Shown here: in pieces, positions 22,185-30,121 of the stretch | Layout of the letters: every line of letters starts with the position of its first letter | Position numbering within the stretch: the stretch's first letter is position 1 | Translations under genes and position numbers: made by a program | Notes under the pieces: generated by a model | What the model saw: only the letters and a program-made list of their open reading frames with translations | The model's database searches: none | Told to the model about the DNA's origin: nothing | NCBI GenBank assembly: GCA_010202845.1 | Contig: CP047921.1 | Location: 210,001-242,000 of the forward strand | Direction: 5' to 3' | From: Candidatus Saccharibacteria bacterium oral taxon 488 | Lineage (GTDB): Bacteria > Patescibacteriota > Saccharimonadia > Saccharimonadales > Saccharimonadaceae | Length of the DNA stretch: 32,000 bases

Positions 22185-22990
22185 CGGAAGACAGCAATGG
22201 TGATCATCACGGCAAAGGCGATAAGGCTGATGACCATGACGGACAGGAAATGTACGCCAAATGGCCAAGTAGTTTGCCTGACGAGGACGTCGATCGGATA
22301 TTTTCGGTTGGTGTCATCGCCGATGATGTAATAGAGCCACGCGCATGTACCCACCAGAAAGCACACCATGGCGAGGCCGTACCATACCAATGCTGACGTG
22401 TGGCGTGCGAGCCACTTGTTACTATCGGTAATTGCCTTGTTCTGCCAGCGGTTGGTATTGATAAGTGCATAAAGCGGCAAGGCGAGACAGCCGGTAGCCA
22501 GAAGCAGTCCAGTCGCAGTGTACATGATATATACGAAGATACCGCTGTGTTGTGCCATGTCTTGTAGTAGCGTGACGTGGGGTGTGAGGAATAGGCATAT
22601 AAGCGTGGCGCCAAGCGATATGACCATAAGTAGCGCCAATAGTCGCAAACCAATCTCCAGTATCCTGTAGGTGCGCCGGGCAGGTTGCGCTGACTCATCA
22701 GGTGATTGCCCCACGAGCTGTCGTAGCCCACGTCCGAGGTAATATATACCCCAGACGATGCTAATAAATAGGAGTAGACCGCCAGTCAGGAAGAGCGGCC
22801 AGCGTAGCGCGTTAGCGGTTTTTCGAGGTGCTGCGCAGCATGACCAGGTGTCTTGCGGTCGCGCCGCATCAAACGTATCTGGCAGGAATGGCACGCTGAG
22901 ATTACTGATAATCATTAACCCGACTCCGATGATACTGAGGGCGATAAACATGATGCTGAGGCGATTGAGCAATGTGGTTGAAGGTTTCAT
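22160..22990 (-). CDS. Hypothetical polytopic membrane protein (276 aa)
   Basis: About 6-7 hydrophobic helices. Leaderless promoter layout at the start. The 3' end overlaps prfB by 25 nt (convergent). Confidence 0.7.
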   Translation of the reverse strand: MKPSTTLLNRLSIMFIALSIIGVGLMIISNLSVPFLPDTFDAARPQDTWSCCAAPRKTANALRWPLFLTGGLLLFISIVWGIYYLGRGLRQLVGQSPDESAQPARRTYRILEIGLRLLALLMVISLGATLICLFLTPHVTLLQDMAQHSGIFVYIMYTATGLLLATGCLALPLYALINTNRWQNKAITDSNKWLARHTSALVWYGLAMVCFLVGTCAWLYYIIGDDTNRKYPIDVLVRQTTWPFGVHFLSVMVISLIAFAVMITIAVFRQPRDSRK

Positions 22991-22996
22991 ATATCT

Positions 22997-23005
22997 AGTG
23001 TAGCA
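22997..23005 (-). promoter_or_regulatory. extended -10 box TGCTACACT, 6 nt before the ATG at 22990 (leaderless)
   Basis: The minus strand reads TGCTACACT-agatat-ATG. Confidence 0.65.
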
Positions 23006-23042
23006 TGGTTCGTCGCGCTAATTCGCACTATCATAAAAAATC

Positions 23043-23051
23043 TGCTATACT
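23043..23051 (+). promoter_or_regulatory. extended -10 box TGCTATACT, 7 nt before the ftsE ATG (leaderless)
   Basis: TGCTATACT-agtggaa-ATG(23059), with a possible -35 TTCGCA 18 nt upstream. Confidence 0.65.
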
Positions 23052-23058
23052 AGTGGAA

Positions 23059-23742
23059 ATGATTTTGTTAGATAGGGTTACCAAAACATATGGCAAGGAC
23101 AACAAGCCGGCCTTGAATCGGGTGAGTGTTCATGTCAAGCCTGGCGAGTTTGTGATTTTGGTTGGGACATCAGGCGCGGGGAAGTCGACGCTGCTCAAGC
23201 TGCTGACCCGCGAGGAAAAGCCGACTGGCGGCAAGATTGTCGTCGGTGGGATTGATTACGACACGCTCAAGGACAAGCATATCCCGCTGCTCAGGCGCAA
23301 AATCGGTGTGGTGTTTCAGGATTTCAAGCTGTTGCCGAATCGGACGGTGTTTGAGAACGTGGCCTTCGCGCTGGAGATTGCCGGTATGACCAATCGTGAG
23401 ATCAAATCAACGGTGCCAAAGGTGATCGAGCTAGTGGGCCTAAAAGGCAAGGAAAAGAATTTCCCGAACCAGCTGTCTGGCGGTGAGCGCCAGCGGGTGG
23501 CAATTGCCCGGGCGGTGGTACGCCAGCCAAAGATTTTGATCGCTGACGAGCCGACCGGTAACCTCGATCCCAAGCATAGCTGGGATATTGTGCGCTTGCT
23601 GGAAAAGATTAACAAATACGGCACCACGGTGCTACTGACGACGCACAATGTCGATATTGTGAACAAGCTCAAGCGCCGGGTGATCACCATTGATCACGGT
23701 AAAATCACCTCTGATCAAGCCAAGGGGAGTTACAAACAATGA
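23059..23742 (+). CDS. ftsE: Cell division ATP-binding protein FtsE
   Basis: Walker A GTSGAGKST, signature LSGGERQR, Walker B ILIADEPTG. It is directly coupled to ftsX by an ATGA overlap. Confidence 0.93.
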   Translation: MILLDRVTKTYGKDNKPALNRVSVHVKPGEFVILVGTSGAGKSTLLKLLTREEKPTGGKIVVGGIDYDTLKDKHIPLLRRKIGVVFQDFKLLPNRTVFENVAFALEIAGMTNREIKSTVPKVIELVGLKGKEKNFPNQLSGGERQRVAIARAVVRQPKILIADEPTGNLDPKHSWDIVRLLEKINKYGTTVLLTTHNVDIVNKLKRRVITIDHGKITSDQAKGSYKQ

Positions 23743-24740
23743 CCGATATTTCACGTAAAGCCGCCGCCAAGGCGCGCGTCGATCCCAAAGTCCTTAAGCG
23801 CACGCGGCAGCGTCGCCGTCGGGTGCTGACGTTCTGGCGAATGTGCCGGTATGGTATCAATAATTTTAGCCGTAACACCTGGCTGACGATTGCAGCGACT
23901 GCGGTGATGGCGGTGACGCTGCTGATCATCGCCCTCACTATAGCCGCCCGCCAAGTACTGGTTGACTCGGTCGATACAATTTCACGCAAGGCGGATATGT
24001 CAATTTTCCTCAAAGGCTCAACTGAGCAAAAGGTGATTGATGAGTTGATATCGCGCCTGAGTAAGCTCCACAATGTCGAAAAGGTAACGTATATTTCAGC
24101 AGAGCAGGCGCGGCAAGAACAGATTGAGCAGCACAAGAATGACCCGGCGTTTCTTGAGGCGATCAAAGAATCAAGCAATGAAATGCCGGCGTCGCTGCGG
24201 GCCTCGCTCAAGGATTTAAATGATCAGCGACCACTGATTGAGTTTACCAAGCATGATGAACTGTACAAAAAGCATAAAGACCCGACCAAGGAGCCGTCGT
24301 TCATCGGTGATCGGCGTGATGCGATCAATGCCATCGGTGATTGGGTACGATTTGCCAGTATCGCTGGCTCGATCGCTACGGTGGTGTTTGTGGTGATTTC
24401 GTCGCTGGTGGTGTTTAACACCATCAGAATGGCAATTTTTAACCGCAAAGACGAGATCCAGATGATGAAACTGATCGGCGCTGATCGCGGGTTTATTCGC
24501 GGGCCATTTATCGTCGAGGCGGTTATGTATGGATTTATCGCGGCGCTGGTGGCCTCAGGAGTTGGGTATCTGTTGTTGTTCTCGGCACACGACAAGCTGG
24601 CGGTGCGGCTGCCGATGGATAACTTGATGAATATTGGCACCACGTATGCCGGGCTAGTAGTGCTGGCGATGATTATGATCGGTGCGGTGATTGGCATTGT
24701 CTCGTCATTGATCGCGACGCGCAAATACTTAAAATTATAA
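23739..24740 (+). CDS. ftsX: Cell division permease FtsX
   Basis: Basic N-terminus, TM1, an extracytoplasmic domain of about 110 aa, then a C-terminal 3-TM bundle with MMKLIGADRGFIRGPFIVEA. Confidence 0.9.
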   Translation: MTDISRKAAAKARVDPKVLKRTRQRRRRVLTFWRMCRYGINNFSRNTWLTIAATAVMAVTLLIIALTIAARQVLVDSVDTISRKADMSIFLKGSTEQKVIDELISRLSKLHNVEKVTYISAEQARQEQIEQHKNDPAFLEAIKESSNEMPASLRASLKDLNDQRPLIEFTKHDELYKKHKDPTKEPSFIGDRRDAINAIGDWVRFASIAGSIATVVFVVISSLVVFNTIRMAIFNRKDEIQMMKLIGADRGFIRGPFIVEAVMYGFIAALVASGVGYLLLFSAHDKLAVRLPMDNLMNIGTTYAGLVVLAMIMIGAVIGIVSSLIATRKYLKL

Positions 24741-24784
24741 GTTATTTTGTCGCTAACCCCTGAATATTTACTGAGCCAAGGCGC

Positions 24785-24814
24785 TTGACGTCCATATGTC
24801 GCTTGTGCTAAAAT
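24785..24814 (+). promoter_or_regulatory. Promoter TTGACG-18 nt-TAAAAT with a TG extension, 8 nt before the ATG at 24823
   Basis: TTGACG at 24785-24790 and TGCTAAAAT at 24806-24814. Confidence 0.65.
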
Positions 24815-24822
24815 AAAAAGCA

Positions 24823-25956
24823 ATGAAGATACGGTCCACCACACCAGTTTCGACATCACGAGCCACACGGGCAGCTCTCGTGGCGGTTAGTGCTGTTGTT
24901 TTGGGCGCTGGCGTGTTCCAGCTCGGCCCACACGTATTCGCGCGTGACTATGAAGCGGAAATTAACGCTCTCAACCAACAGGCGCAACAGGCGCAGAACG
25001 AGGCCAATCGTCTCGGGACGATGGCAGCGACGCTGGAGGAGGAGCTGGGGCGCATTAACGCGCAGATTGATTCAATCCGAACAGAAATTGCCAAGAGTCA
25101 GCAAAAGCACGACGCATTGGTTGCGGAAATTGCTAAGAACAAGCTAGCGATTGAAAAAAACCGCAAGGTCATGGGCAAAATCTTGTCAGATATTTACCTC
25201 GATGATCAGATTTCGCCGCTTGAGATGCTGGCTAGCTCCAAGTCGATCGGTGATTATGTCGATAAGCAGGAGCAACGTAGTAGCTTGCGATCGTCGCTGA
25301 ACGATAAGATCAAGGAAATTAAGGCGCTGCAGGCTAAACTGGAAGAGAATAAAAAGTCAGTTGAGAATGTGCTCAAAGACCAGAAGGCTCAGCAGACACA
25401 ACTAGCGTCCAAGCAGGCAGAGCAGGCCAAGCTGGTTAACGATACCAAGAATGACCAGAATGCCTATGCAGCCTTGGCAACGCAGCGGAATAACCAAGCA
25501 GCGAAACTGCGCGAAGAGCAGGCGGCGGCTAACCGGCGAGCGCTTGGCGGGGTGTCAATCCCGGGTGGTATCCCGGGTGGTGGCGGCTATCCAGGCGTCT
25601 GGGCGAATGCACCACTGGATGCTTACGTCGATCCATGGGGCCTATATACGCGCGAATGCGTGAGCTATGTGGCCTGGAAGATCCACAGTACCGGTCGGTT
25701 TGTGCCACACTTTGGTGGGGCTGGTAACGCTAATCAGTGGCCATCAACAGCGGCGCGATACGGCATCCAGAGCGGTTCGACACCAAAGGCTGGCGCAGCA
25801 GCGGTTATGAATGTTGGCTATTATGGACACGTGATGTACGTCGAGTCGGTTAATGGTGACGGCACAATTACGGTCAGCGACTATAACTTGGCGTGGGACG
25901 GTCTGTACCGAAAGTATACGCGTTTAGCCTCGGGCCTAACCTACGTGTATTTTTAA
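24823..25956 (+). CDS. Secreted coiled-coil plus CHAP-domain peptidoglycan hydrolase (PcsB-like architecture)
   Basis: Signal sequence (AALVAVSAVVLGAGVF), a heptad-rich Q/A/E/K region of about 190 aa, a Gly-rich linker (GGIPGGGGYPG), then a CHAP domain with catalytic Cys (RECVSYVAWK) and His (GHVMYVESV). Confidence 0.85.
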   Translation: MKIRSTTPVSTSRATRAALVAVSAVVLGAGVFQLGPHVFARDYEAEINALNQQAQQAQNEANRLGTMAATLEEELGRINAQIDSIRTEIAKSQQKHDALVAEIAKNKLAIEKNRKVMGKILSDIYLDDQISPLEMLASSKSIGDYVDKQEQRSSLRSSLNDKIKEIKALQAKLEENKKSVENVLKDQKAQQTQLASKQAEQAKLVNDTKNDQNAYAALATQRNNQAAKLREEQAAANRRALGGVSIPGGIPGGGGYPGVWANAPLDAYVDPWGLYTRECVSYVAWKIHSTGRFVPHFGGAGNANQWPSTAARYGIQSGSTPKAGAAAVMNVGYYGHVMYVESVNGDGTITVSDYNLAWDGLYRKYTRLASGLTYVYF

Positions 25957-25973
25957 TAGCACGATGAGTCAAT

Positions 25974-26000
25974 AAAACCCTCGCATCAGCGGGGGTTTTT
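25974..26000 (+). terminator. Rho-independent terminator after the CHAP gene
   Basis: Stem AAAACCCTCGC / GCGGGGGTTTT (one G-U pair), loop atca, and a T-run. Confidence 0.75.
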
Positions 26001-26003
26001 GTG

Positions 26004-26009
26004 TACAAT
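26004..26009 (+). promoter_or_regulatory. -10 box TACAAT, 6 nt before the ATG at 26016 (leaderless)
   Basis: tgtgTACAAT-agatat-ATG, located immediately after the terminator. Confidence 0.5.
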
Positions 26010-26015
26010 AGATAT

Positions 26016-27194
26016 ATGACAGAGCAACGGAGGGTAGGAAGGCGGGCTCGCTTGTTTTTGGGCGGGCTGCTGATTGCGATTGTGAGTTTTGCGGCCGGGA
26101 CGCGGTCGGATCTGATTATGGCGCAGGTCGGGTCGCTGTTTGGCCTCAGGACGGCGACGGGGTCGCTGGATTTATCAACAGTGCAGCGCGTGTACCGTGA
26201 GCTAAAGGCTCATTATGACGGTACGTTGGATGAGCAAGCACTTACACGTGGGGCGGCGCGCGGTATGGTGGCGGCGACGGGCGATCCACACACGGCGTAT
26301 ATGGATCCGGATGAAGCCAAGGAGTTTGAAAAGAGCTTGTCGGGCAATATTGGTGGCGGTATCGGGGCGGAAATTGCCAAGCGGCATAACGTGCCGACGA
26401 TCATCCGGCCGCTCAAAAATAGCCCAGCTGAAAAGGTGGGCATCAAAGCCGGCGATGTCATCGTCAAGGTTAATGACACGGTGGTGACTGATATGCCGGT
26501 TGATCAAGTGGTGCAGCGCATTCGCGGCGATGTTGGCACGACGGTCAAGTTGGTATTGTCGCGTGGTGGCGAACGTAAAGACGTGACAGTGACGCGCGAG
26601 AAAGTCGTCGCGCCGGCTGCCGAGTGGAAGATTGATGGTGAGATCGGTATTTTGACAGTGAGCCGTTTCAATGATGACACCGGCAAGCAAGCGCGCCAGG
26701 CCGCTGAGGAGTTTCGCTCAGCAGGTGTCAAGAAAGTTATCCTCGACCTCAGGGGAAATCCTGGTGGCACGGTGGCGGCCGCGCAGGCGTTAGCAGGGCT
26801 GTGGCTGAATAATCAGGTGGTGATGACCCAACGGCGTGGCGAGCAGGTTATCTCGACGGAGAAATCGACCGGCCAGCCGCTTCTCGGTGATATCAAGACG
26901 GTTGTGTTGATTAACGGTGGTAGCGCCAGCGCCAGCGAGATCGTAGCGGGGGCGCTCAAGGATTATGGCAAGGCAACGCTGGTCGGCGAAAAAACCTATG
27001 GCAAGGGCAGTGTGCAGCGGCCGATTGATCTGGCGGACGGCTCGGTTCTAAAAGTGACCGAGGCGCACTGGTATACGCCGCATGGCAAGAATATTGACAA
27101 GTCGGGTATCGAGCCGGATGTCAAGGTCGAGATGACGACTGGGGCGGCGGATAATGGGCATGACCCACAGTTAGAAAAAGCAAAGAGTGTCTAG
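26016..27194 (+). CDS. S41-family C-terminal processing peptidase with a PDZ domain
   Basis: N-terminal anchor, PDZ (GIKAGDVIVKVND), catalytic Ser region INGGSASASEIVAGAL and Lys region GEKTYGKGSVQ. Confidence 0.9.
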   Translation: MTEQRRVGRRARLFLGGLLIAIVSFAAGTRSDLIMAQVGSLFGLRTATGSLDLSTVQRVYRELKAHYDGTLDEQALTRGAARGMVAATGDPHTAYMDPDEAKEFEKSLSGNIGGGIGAEIAKRHNVPTIIRPLKNSPAEKVGIKAGDVIVKVNDTVVTDMPVDQVVQRIRGDVGTTVKLVLSRGGERKDVTVTREKVVAPAAEWKIDGEIGILTVSRFNDDTGKQARQAAEEFRSAGVKKVILDLRGNPGGTVAAAQALAGLWLNNQVVMTQRRGEQVISTEKSTGQPLLGDIKTVVLINGGSASASEIVAGALKDYGKATLVGEKTYGKGSVQRPIDLADGSVLKVTEAHWYTPHGKNIDKSGIEPDVKVEMTTGAADNGHDPQLEKAKSV

Positions 27195-27217
27195 ACTCAA
27201 AAAAGGAGGGCAAGGAT

Positions 27218-27598
27218 ATGCAACACAGGAAAAAAATACTATTAGTTGAAGACGATACGGCACTGGCGGCAGTCTATCGGTCACGGCTTGAGCTGGAGGG
27301 CTTTGAGATTCGTGAGGTGCATAATGGCGAGGACGCACTGTCGGCAACGGTGGCGTTTCGGCCGGACTTGATCGTACTGGATGCTATGATGCCGAAAATT
27401 AGCGGCTTTGACGTACTCGACATCCTGCGCAATACGCCGGAGACGACCAATGTGCGGGTAATCATGCTAACGGCGCTGAGTCAGCAAAAGGACCGAGAGC
27501 GGGCAGAGGCGCTCGGAGTAGACGAATATCTCGTCAAGTCACAGGTGGTGATCGGCGACGTGGTAGCGCGAGTAAAGCATCATTTGGGCGTGTCGTAG
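27218..27598 (+). CDS. Stand-alone response-regulator receiver domain (CheY-like, no output domain)
   Basis: Acidic pocket LLVEDD, phospho-acceptor LIVLDAMMP, MLTA, and the conserved Lys in YLVKS. AGGAGG SD. No histidine kinase is present in the window. Confidence 0.9.
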   Translation: MQHRKKILLVEDDTALAAVYRSRLELEGFEIREVHNGEDALSATVAFRPDLIVLDAMMPKISGFDVLDILRNTPETTNVRVIMLTALSQQKDRERAEALGVDEYLVKSQVVIGDVVARVKHHLGVS

Positions 27599-27652
27599 CT
27601 GCCTGGAGAAACTAGCCGCTCAAATACTACTAGCGTAGCGGGATAGGCAGCT
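27597..27652. other. 56-nt imperfect stem-loop between convergent genes
   Basis: AGCTGCCT (27597-27604) pairs perfectly with AGGCAGCT (27645-27652), with an inner CCGCT/AGCGG pairing. Neither strand has a U-tract. Confidence 0.35.
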
Positions 27653-27720
27653 AAATGAACGGGTGTAATCAAATGGGTGCAATCTGGACGCCGGGATAGC
27701 AGGTCATAGAATAGTGCTGA

Positions 27721-27993
27721 CTAGCCGACGCAAACCTGAGTTCGTCGCTCGGTTTTGCCAGTGAACCTGGTTTTCTTGACTCGCTTAAAGGTGACGACAC
27801 CAGACTTAGCAGCGTGGATTGTGTAGTTGCGGCTCATGTATGCGCCGTCGCCAGCGACCTTGGTAGCGCCTGTTTGGCGGACGAGTACTTCGCCGGCGTT
27901 AACTTTTTGGCCGCCGAAACGCTTGACGCCGAGGCGTTGGCCAGGGTTGTTGTGGATGTTTTTACTTGAGCCACCAGCTTTGACTTTTGACAT
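27721..27993 (-). CDS. rpmA: 50S ribosomal protein L27
   Basis: GGSSKN...RLGVKRFGGQKVNAGEVLVRQTG is the L27 signature. AAGGAG lies 5 nt upstream of the ATG. Confidence 0.93.
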   Translation of the reverse strand: MSKVKAGGSSKNIHNNPGQRLGVKRFGGQKVNAGEVLVRQTGATKVAGDGAYMSRNYTIHAAKSGVVTFKRVKKTRFTGKTERRTQVCVG

Positions 27994-28029
27994 TGAAACT
28001 CCTTAAATTTTCTAAACCTAATCCGTACC

Positions 28030-28058
28030 AGTATAAGTGACGGCTGATAAAAAGTCAA
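28030..28058 (-). promoter_or_regulatory. rpmA promoter TTGACT-17 nt-TATACT (with leader and SD)
   Basis: On the minus strand, TTGACT is at 28058-28053 and TATACT at 28035-28030. The leader of about 30 nt contains AAGGAG. Confidence 0.7.
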
Positions 28059-28081
28059 GGGGCTTTACTTGATTAGGCGGG

Positions 28082-28090
28082 TGTTATATA
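28082..28090 (+). promoter_or_regulatory. extended -10-like TGTTATATA, 10 nt before the ATG at 28101
   Basis: TGTTATATA-actaggggct-ATG. The spacer is longer than at the other sites, so a 3-4 nt leader is expected. Confidence 0.4.
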
Positions 28091-28100
28091 ACTAGGGGCT

Positions 28101-28784
28101 ATGAACGAGCAGAATATGACGACAATGGAAGCTATTTTCAACAGACGAGTGGATAGAAGAACGGTACTACTGGGTGTCTTGGGTACTGTTGGCGCAGTGG
28201 CATTCGGTGGTGCTGTGTACGAATCTCAAGAGAAGCCTCGTGACGGAGAGGCACTCCAAGCATTGCACGCGGTACAGACGGCAGCGGCAGAGGTTGCTGA
28301 GCGCGGCGTCAATGGCCAGACAACCTCAGAAGAGACGATCGCAGCGATGATGCAGCGTGAGAGTGGTGCAATGGTAAAGATTGAGGTGGCGCTTTCCGAG
28401 CCGCTGGCGCACTATGCTGCGGGCGAGGGGCCGTATGCGTCAATTGGGGCAAATATGGTGGACGGACTATTGAGCCAGATCGGGCGGGAGGTGTTTGCCG
28501 ATACCGATCAACAGATGACGACGGAAATGGCGAAGCAGGCGCGGCCGGCATTGGCATTTTTGATCATGGCGTTGAATCAGCGGCGGATCGGTCTGGGCGC
28601 TAGGGATTTACTAGCAATGTGTCAGCAGTATCATCCGGAGGCGATCACTCCTTCTGCGGCCGAGCAAGCAGCAGAGGCGCGTCAAGCGCAGCTTGATCTT
28701 TTGGAAAAGGAGTTGGTGGGTCGTTTGGGACAGCTCGCAGACTATGATCCGGCGTTACGGCTTAACCGTCCGGTGCTCGGGTAG
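28101..28784 (+). CDS. Hypothetical exported or anchored protein with a twin-arginine-like N-terminus
   Basis: NRRVDRRTVLLGVLGTVGAVAFGGA is followed by an Ala/Glu-rich helical region. I recognise no family. Confidence 0.6.
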   Translation: MNEQNMTTMEAIFNRRVDRRTVLLGVLGTVGAVAFGGAVYESQEKPRDGEALQALHAVQTAAAEVAERGVNGQTTSEETIAAMMQRESGAMVKIEVALSEPLAHYAAGEGPYASIGANMVDGLLSQIGREVFADTDQQMTTEMAKQARPALAFLIMALNQRRIGLGARDLLAMCQQYHPEAITPSAAEQAAEARQAQLDLLEKELVGRLGQLADYDPALRLNRPVLG

Positions 28785-30081
28785 TCCGCAGGATCAGTAA
28801 TTCGCGGGCGACGACCTGGTCGGGGCGGCGATAGATGAGCGGGATGTGGTTGAGTTGGTGATAGCCAAGTTTTTGGAGATTTTTTATTAGCGGTAAATGA
28901 GTGGCCCGGCCGGACGCGTCGTACCACGCTGGCACGGCGATGCATAGCGGCGTGTTTGGGGCTAGCTGCGGACGGATATTAGTGAGGAAGCCGGTGATAA
29001 TGTGATTACAGTTGCCGGCAACTTCTGCTAGTTTTTGAGGTGCGGGCGGCGCGGAAAAGGGCTGCCCGAGGTAGGTTTCGCAGACGACGGCAGCGAGGTG
29101 TGCGCCGTTTAGCCAGCGGTGCGTGGTGGCGTCGGCTTGATGGATATCAATGACGTTGCCAGGCGCGGTGAACGTTGATTGCAGCCACGATAGATTCTCG
29201 GCGGTGTAGTCAACCATTTTCTGGCTGAGGTCGGTGCCGACGACGTCGTAACCAGCGAGCAGCGCTTCTTGCAGGACGGTGCCGGTGCCGCAGAAGGGGT
29301 CGAGGATTGTCACGGCAGCTCGGCTTCCAGCCGTCTCCTCCACGTCGAATGCATCCGGCAACGCCGTCCGCAGAACCATCGACTTATCGGAGAGGCTGGA
29401 ATCCGAGCTTGTCACAGAATTGTCGTGTGGTCTTTGACGGGTCAGCGATCCAGCACCCAGCGCTAAATTCAGCATAATCTGCGCCAATTTGGGCGGCAGC
29501 ATGCCAACGAAGGCGTCGCGCTTGGGGCGATGGCGGTCGCGGCGGGTATAGGCGGTGATATTCTGGACGCCGCGGCTCTCGGCAATGATCAGGCGGCCGC
29601 CGGTCGTTTTAACAAGCAGCAGCTCGACTTTATATGGCGAACCACCGAGCTTATTATTGTGTGCGGTGGCAGTGGAGAGAGCGGGCTGATCGTTGGGGAT
29701 GAGACGGAGGCTGGTCTCAGATTTTTTGAGGGATGATTTGAGGATCAGACCGGTTTTTTGGACATCGCGGGCGCCAACAGCCAGGTTATGGGCGCTGAGA
29801 CCGAGGGTGATTTTATGCGGCGAGTGCGCCCACTTGGCGTGATAATGCTGGGTGATGAAGCGCGAGGCAGCGAGGAGTGAGGCCTTATCAGTGCGGCTGG
29901 CCGGTAGCTCGGTGATCACTTCGGCGCATTTGATGGTGCCGCCCAGGGTAGTGATGTCGAAGTCAGATGTTTGAACTTCGGCAAACTGCTGGCTGATGCG
30001 ATGAACGCAGTCCGCGCCAAAAACCGCCGCAAGTTCGGCGAGCGAGATCTCTGGCTGGCGACCAAGCAGGGCGATATACAT
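28762..30081 (-). CDS. SAM-dependent methyltransferase, UPF0020/Trm11-like (putative RNA methylase), 439 aa
   Basis: Motif I ILDPFCGTGTVLQEA, then the acidic DVVGTD. Upstream of these lies RRDRHRPKRDAFVGMLPPKLAQIMLNLA, typical of this family. The start is set at 30081 (MYIALLGRQPEISLAEL) from the leaderless promoter layout. The ORF-track start at 30216 would overrun the divergent gene. Confidence 0.75.
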   Translation of the reverse strand: MYIALLGRQPEISLAELAAVFGADCVHRISQQFAEVQTSDFDITTLGGTIKCAEVITELPASRTDKASLLAASRFITQHYHAKWAHSPHKITLGLSAHNLAVGARDVQKTGLILKSSLKKSETSLRLIPNDQPALSTATAHNNKLGGSPYKVELLLVKTTGGRLIIAESRGVQNITAYTRRDRHRPKRDAFVGMLPPKLAQIMLNLALGAGSLTRQRPHDNSVTSSDSSLSDKSMVLRTALPDAFDVEETAGSRAAVTILDPFCGTGTVLQEALLAGYDVVGTDLSQKMVDYTAENLSWLQSTFTAPGNVIDIHQADATTHRWLNGAHLAAVVCETYLGQPFSAPPAPQKLAEVAGNCNHIITGFLTNIRPQLAPNTPLCIAVPAWYDASGRATHLPLIKNLQKLGYHQLNHIPLIYRRPDQVVARELLILRTTRAPDG

Positions 30082-30087
30082 GGTTTG

Positions 30088-30096
30088 ATTATAGCA
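30088..30096 (-). promoter_or_regulatory. extended -10 box TGCTATAAT, 6 nt before the ATG at 30081 (leaderless)
   Basis: The minus strand reads TGCTATAAT-caaacc-ATG. Confidence 0.65.
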
Positions 30097-30105
30097 AAAA
30101 CTGCG

Positions 30106-30114
30106 TGATATAAT
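30106..30114 (+). promoter_or_regulatory. extended -10 box TGATATAAT, 7 nt before the ATG at 30122 (leaderless)
   Basis: TGATATAAT-tgacgat-ATG. Confidence 0.65.
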
Positions 30115-30121
30115 TGACGAT

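Noticed and set aside
22207-22731. ORF of 174 aa in an alternative minus-strand frame.
   Set aside because: It is fully nested in the 276-aa membrane-protein ORF (22160-22990), which has a coherent TM profile and a promoter at its start.
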